DNA of 16,135 bases, taken from positions 233,256,619 to 233,272,753 of the forward strand of contig JANKJI020000002.1 in the NCBI GenBank assembly GCA_024626585.2, written 5' to 3'. Source of the stretch: Ginkgo biloba. Its lineage: Eukaryota > Plantae > Ginkgophyta. The position numbers and the translations under genes were made by a program. This document shows, piece by piece, positions 10,177-16,135 of the stretch (the stretch's first letter is position 1; each line of letters starts with the position of its first letter). The notes beneath the pieces are model-generated. The model was not told where the DNA came from. It saw nothing but the letters and a program-made list of their open reading frames with translations, and made no database searches.

Positions 10177-10648
10177 TGCAATTGTAGATGAGGTTCTATA
10201 AATTATTTTCCTAAATATTCTTATTGACACACATATGAAATTGTTGTTGCATATGTGTTGAAATTATTACTGAAATTGTTGAAACGTTCTTAGTTTGTTA
10301 TGTCTTTGTTGTTGCAAATGATTGAATTGTTACCTTCTATGAGGGACCAATTTTATATGCTTGATGATTGACACACATGAAATTATTGTTTCATATGTGT
10401 TGAAATGAAATAATCCGTTGGCCTTGTTGAAACATTCCTAACATTCTTATTGAAATGCAACTTTGATATGGTCCTTGACCTATGGTTCATTGCAATTGTA
10501 GCAGAGGTTCTATAAAGTATTTTCCTAACATTCTTATTGACACACATATGACATTATTGTTGCATGTGTTGAAATTGTTGAAACATTCTTAGTTTATAAT
10601 GCCTCTATTATTGCAAACGATTGAATTATTGCCTTCTATGAGGGACCA
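10177..10648. repeat. Degenerate direct repeats: two ~160-170 bp copies plus a partial middle copy
   Basis: TGCAATTGTAG..GAGGTTCTATAAA...CCTTCTATGAGGGACCA at 10177-10349 and 10491-10648. A partial copy lies at ~10367-10455. Confidence 0.85.
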
Positions 10649-11199
10649 CGTATTGGTCAAATGTTTCTAGTTATAGAGAACCAATTTTCTAAGTTTTACA
10701 TCCAATGTTATAATTCCTTGATGTTCAATTTAAAATTTTTACGTGCATTCTATAATGAATATAATGAAATTTAGAGAACTTATGTTCTTCCTTTTTATGC
10801 TTTAATCCTCTAATTANNNNNNNNNNNNNNNNNNNNNNNNNNNNNNNNNNNNNNNNNNNNNNNNNNNNNNNNNNNNNNNNNNNNNNNNNNNNNNNNNNNN
10901 NNNNNNNNNNNNNNNNGAGTTCATTATCAGTTGGGATCAAAACGTCCTAGGCACAGCCACAGCATGTTTGCATAGTAATCGCACCAAATGATACACAGGA
11001 GTCTTCTATTTCCACATCTACTAATGGTGAGGTTGCCAATGAATGTTTCCACCTCATTTTGCAAATTTTCTAAAGCACAACATTTATTCGGAACCCCACC
11101 ATTAGTTGCAATATATAGTTCCTTCACTCATTTTAATTCTTTTGCTAGCTCTACCTTTTCAAGGTAGGCTTTACCATGTTTAATCATTGNNNNNNNNNN

Positions 11200-12165
11200 C
11201 TAATGATCTATTAGGGCTTGATCCTACTTTAAGAAGCCAACCACCCCATTACATAATCACTCCATCCAATTGTTCAAGGACATATTTCTTAAAATGTTGA
11301 CTAAAGCAACCACATTGTTGGAGGTGAAATCAGTGCTAAACTTTCAGATTTGTTTGTTTCAGGCATGTTTGTTTCGGCTCTAGTCATTTTGATCTTATGT
11401 TTGTTTGGTCACTTGGTCATTTTAGATCATCATAGCATACTCGCAATAGTAGTATTGCGCTCATTATGAAGTACTATGAAAGTCTACCATAAACTCAATG
11501 TAATCAACAGTTAGTTAATATTAGTTAGTTGGCTTAAGAGTCATGACTGCCCATGAAAGGGTACCTGCAATGGTATTTAAAGGAAGCAGCAAGAGTTGTC
11601 CTCGTCATTAATTATGTACTAAATAATCNNNNNNNNNNNNNNNNNNNNNNNNNNNNNNNNNNNNNNNNNNNNNNNNNNNNNNNNNNNNNNNNATATCATG
11701 TGTATTCATTGTTGTTAGCATCAGAGTCTAGGCCACACAGGCATTCTCTTAAGACCGTGGCACAACTTGTTGGTGGGAGCAACAGTTTGTCTCCATCTTG
11801 GGAGTCTTTCCGCACTCAGGATGAATGTATAAAGTGGAGCAGCCTCAGACGCTAACACACGTGCATCAAGAATAACACTGATGTCTTGAATTCACTCCAA
11901 GATAAAAGACGTCAAGAAATCTAATTCATCTACCTCGGCTTTATCTTCAATCGCATTCAAAGGACCCACAACTAGTTGTAATCGCAATTTATGTTTTTGT
12001 TCCAATTGAGAAACTAATAGGCAAACCACTTTACTCAAAATGCTAGGTCGCCACAAACACACATTTCACATCAAGGCCTCAAAGGGTCCAACACCTTCAT
12101 GAATTGCTACCACAAGATTAATTTCATATTCCTCCTCAATGGAGGCAATGAACACTTAAAAAATA
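11200..12165 (-). mobile_element. Possible decayed LINE ORF1 (DUF4283-like) remnant split by the 11316-11857 solo LTR
   Basis: Weak fragments across frames: FIASIEEE...GPF, GLPISF...TSCGSFECD and ISVILDARG. The last reads across the reconstructed LTR insertion site. Confidence 0.25.
11316..11857 (+). mobile_element. Solo LTR with near-perfect TSD
   Basis: Starts TGTTGG and ends CTAACA (imperfect terminal inverted repeat). Flanks are CACAT (11311-11315) and CACGT (11858-11862), a single difference of CpG-decay type. TATA-like TATTTAAA near 11575. Contains an N gap. Confidence 0.7.
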
Positions 12166-14054
12166 ATATNNNNNNNNNNNNNNNNNNNNNNNNNNNNNNN
12201 NNNNNNNNNNNNNNNNNNNNNNNNNNNNNNNNNNNNNNNNNNNNNNNNNNNNNNNNNNNNNNNNNNNNNATAGTAAAATATCTACATGAATATGCATACA
12301 AAGGATATGATCATACTATTGTAGATATACAACCAATTATTCGATAAGGAGGATCATTTGGAAATGGAATTAATAAAATATTAGAGTACACATCATTATC
12401 AAGAATACAAAATATTTAAATACTTGTTGTATTTATGCACCTGAGTGTTATTGGAATATTTTTCATATACATAGGCATTATAAATCTCCTAATTTAGTTT
12501 TATTGGTGGTATATCTTCCAAATAAACAATTAGTTTATTTTCATGATGATTAATAACATAATGATGTGTTACAAAGATATAACCATGATACTACTCTTAT
12601 GACATGGTTTAAACTTAGTTCTATTAAAAAATGTGTTCAATAGTATCTCTAGCATGAAATTCTAAAGTTCTATACTTTTAATAATTCAAATAAGTTAACA
12701 TGTTATAAGATAAAATGTAATTGGTAGTGTGCACTTTGTACAACCATTTGATGGTGAAAGTTATTCTACCCTATAAAATCAATTTAAGAAGTTATGAATA
12801 CTTGAAGATGATTCATTATATTAGTTATCCAATATTTAAGTAAGATACAAATGTTTTTTTTCTTGTAATGGACAAAAGTGAATGGAATGCTTTCATATTA
12901 GAGGCACCCAAGTGTATAACAACAAGGATTGAAATGAATCAACTCTTTGAGTCTATCATATTTTCTTCAGTCCTATGTCTAAGAGTGTTATGGAAAAAAT
13001 AATATTTCTTGAGAATATATTTAAAATATATCTCTATAGGACATGTATTAAAACTTAGCTTGTCATGAGAAATGACATACTAAATATGATGATATACCTC
13101 CTTTTTAAAACTAACTTAATGATGATTATATAATTAATCCTTTGTTGGAAGATGAACTTGACTATAATTTAGAAGAGTTACAATCTCAAGTGGAACATAG
13201 TCATACAGGGTTAAACCATGATCAAAATATTACTTCTAAGGTTATATTGGATATGTTGGGTGTAAAATATATACAAAACTATGGTCTCTTATTATTTTTG
13301 GATGTATCGGCATGTACTAGTAATAATTTTTTATATATCACACTTTTAGCTCATGAAATATCAAGAAAAGATTGCTCTTTCTATGGCTTCTTTAGGGATT
13401 GTTCCTTTACTCCAAAGTGGTGGATGTACAACCCACTAAAGACTTAATATCTCTATGAATATGATAGAATATTCTAAATACACATTGTTATTACAATTTT
13501 ATGAGGCATAATCAATAAAACATTGTCAAATAACATCTTTGGTAACGAAGTCATCCACACCCACCATTAATTAGTCATAACCATCAAAAGATCAACAAGA
13601 CCTGTCATTCCTCTATCTTGGTCACACCAAAATAGCATGGAACAACCATAAGTCTTTTCATTAAGTTGGTGACTTAAACACCATAGGACCATGTTGGCTG
13701 ACTTGGTGCAAAAAATCTAGAAGAATCACAATCTCACTAAGCCACACACAATAATACTATCAAAACAAATATGCTCTTTAATATTACTCATAGTATCTTG
13801 ACAAAAGAAATGGACTGTTTAGCACAATTACCAACTAAATCCAAAAATACAATAAACTCGTATAATTAATAANNNNNNNNNNNNNNNNNNAAGCACCATC
13901 TGGTTTTATACAAGTGACTTTCAAATCAACTTCCAAAGACTAAATTGCACAAAATTGTGATTGTTAATAGAAAAGATCACACATCAAGCTAATGTGAAAT
14001 ATAACGGTCTGCAATTTTTTTCTTTTTTCTTTTTTTTTTCCATAAATACACTAT

Positions 14055-15575
14055 TGGTGATCAAGCTTAAGACATTGATTGCCTAGTTTAGACAAGAGTT
14101 CGTAGTTTACTTTCCATAATTGCATAGCTCTATTATGAAATAAGTTATATAGCTTATAAGTTTCAAGCCAACAACGTTTTAACTTCTCTTAATGGGTGAG
14201 AAACTCACTATTATAAAATCACTCTCTTGGAGCAAAGGGTCACAGAGAGGACAATGCCAAGCTTGTTGCTAGCAGTTCTCACATTGTTGCATCTAACCCA
14301 ACAAATGCCTTATCTCATCTAACAACAAATTAGAAGCTTCATCTCCTACACACACAACTGCATTCCATAAACCTAGTACAGTGAATTCCATTGGAACTAC
14401 CACTCCAAGACCATAAACCATACTATAATGGAGTTTGGTTAGTTGCACGCTTTGGCATAAGTCTAGGAATCCAATAATACTAAATAGATTTGCTCTGCAC
14501 AAGCAAAGCAACCAACATCATAAATTTTTTGCAATGATTCCTCTACTATTTTATTAGAACTTTTTACCTGACCATTGCACCTTGGATAATAAGGAATGGA
14601 TTGTGATGTGTAATCATAAATTGATTCATTAAATCCTTTATATCTTTATTAAGAAATCCACCCCCCAGATCACTAGTCAAGTGCAATGGGAAACCAAAAC
14701 GTGCTACTAAGTACAAAATGTTTCTTATAGCATACAAATCAAGAGGGATCACCAAATGAGCCTCATACCATTTGATAACATAATTTGTAGCTACTAATAT
14801 ATAACAAGCTTAAGCACACAAAGAAAGAGGTTTAATTAGTCCCACAAAATCCAACCCTAATGTTCAAACAATGCTTGAGGTAAGATAAAATCCAATGGCA
14901 TATAAGCAATCTTTACATGTTCCCCATGGGTTGACAAACATTGCACTTATATATCCAATTTGTTGCATCATGAAATAGAGTTGGCCACCAAAGTCCAACA
15001 TTCAAAACAAGTAGCACCAGTTGTAGGATGTAGTCTAACTAGCCATCATGACCCTATCATAAAATTTTAGGCAACTCATGTTTGAACACAACGTTGGAAA
15101 ATATGATCCAATCCCAATGGATATAGTTGTCCAACAATTGATTAATAAGGGGTTTCTCAACAACCCATATTGCTTTGCTTTGTCTGATCCAATCCTAGTG
15201 GCATTGTGCCAATAGATAACCACTCAGCAATAGCTACATACCAATTGAGTACAAAATTCAAATCGAAACAACTTAGCAGTAGGAATGTCACTATGTATTC
15301 TAGTCATTACTTCACCATTACTAATACTAGAGAGTTGATCATAGAGGACATAAGCCTTTCCAAGTTTTACAATAATCTTCAAAATAGACTCCTAAAATAA
15401 GAATAACCATCTTCTTATATGACCTTGTAACAGAGGTTTATTTACTAAATACATTAAAGCTTGATAGTCCACAAAAAAGGGGAAAGAATTAGAAAGAAAA
15501 TAATGTTGAAATTTTTGCAAGGCATAAGCCATCCCCAATCCCCTTCTTTTCAATAGGGGTAAGTTTCTAACTACC
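14055..15575 (-). mobile_element. Degenerate Ty3/Gypsy pol fragment (RNase H plus integrase; no chromodomain seen)
   Basis: Motifs in order on the minus strand: RNase H RRGLGMAYALQKFQHYFLSNSFPFFVDYQALMYLVNKPLLQGHIRRWL; Zn-finger end GLWWPTLFHDATNWIYKCNVCQ; core GLDFVGLIKP, YILVATNYVIKWYEA and RFGFPLHLTSDLGGGFLN; C-terminal FYNSEFLTH*EKLKRCWLETY. Many stops and frameshifts. The RH-then-INT order indicates Ty3/Gypsy. Confidence 0.92.
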
Positions 15576-16135
15576 AAAATAAAAAGGACGCTCCATTCTG
15601 TGCTAAAGCACAACCTGGTGAAAACAAAGAAGCAACCACGTGCAAGTGAAATCATTGAAGAACATCAAATTGGCCCTTGAAGGTTACTTTCTCCAAGTTG
15701 GTGCATATGCTAAAGGTCTTGGATTTTGATAACATATATCTTCCCATGTACCTTCCAAGGTGTCTCAAATATCTCATTCATCATACACCGTAGGATCTTC
15801 CTACATTTACTTTTCAAATTGAAATGCCAGATCTTGAACATAATCATAATCCCATAACANNNNNNNNNNNNNNNNNNNNNNNNNNNNNNNNNNNTCTTAT
15901 ACTTTTGGTGCCAATCCATCCAAAAAATACTCCATCAAATGTGATTTAGAAATGGGCATATTTTATCCATTTTCAAAATGAGCAATTGGATAAGAGAATC
16001 AAGTCTTACACAAACATGTCTCCCTTGCAGAGTTCCATGCAAGGCCTATAGAATAGAGAATGGATCTCATTTGATTGCACTTGCCATACAAGTATACCAT
16101 GCCAAAGAGTATTGAAAGTGTTTCTTAATTTGCAC

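Noticed and set aside
13142-13447. 101-aa + strand ORF
   Set aside because: Non-ATG start in very AT-rich decayed sequence, with no motif I can recognise.
946-15919. ORF-track entries containing X runs (e.g. 946-1230, 5573-6040, 11553-11855, 12099-12347, 15710-15919)
   Set aside because: They are open only because they span N gaps, and none resembles a known protein.

Overview
AT-rich, CpG-poor, gapped draft-assembly eukaryotic DNA. By inference it comes from a large-genome land plant, probably a gymnosperm. None of the listed ORFs is an intact gene. The one clear host coding signal is missing from the ORF track: an 84-nt minus-strand exon (5215-5298) encoding YKNVDHGTRVRRFPHIEGNYALHVYIP, the conserved N-terminal motif of USB1 (U6 snRNA phosphodiesterase). 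No other recognisable USB1 exon is visible, so the window is probably two very long introns filled with nested, decayed transposons. These include a TSD-bounded Ty3/Gypsy element (8112-8734), a TSD-bounded solo LTR (11316-11857), other LTR-like units, a degenerate Ty3/Gypsy RNase H-integrase region (14055-15575) and faint L1 LINE remnants. The most interesting lead is speculative: two candidate micro-exons (41 + 43 nt) upstream of the USB1 exon that keep the frame only when both are included. I found no well-supported novel system.
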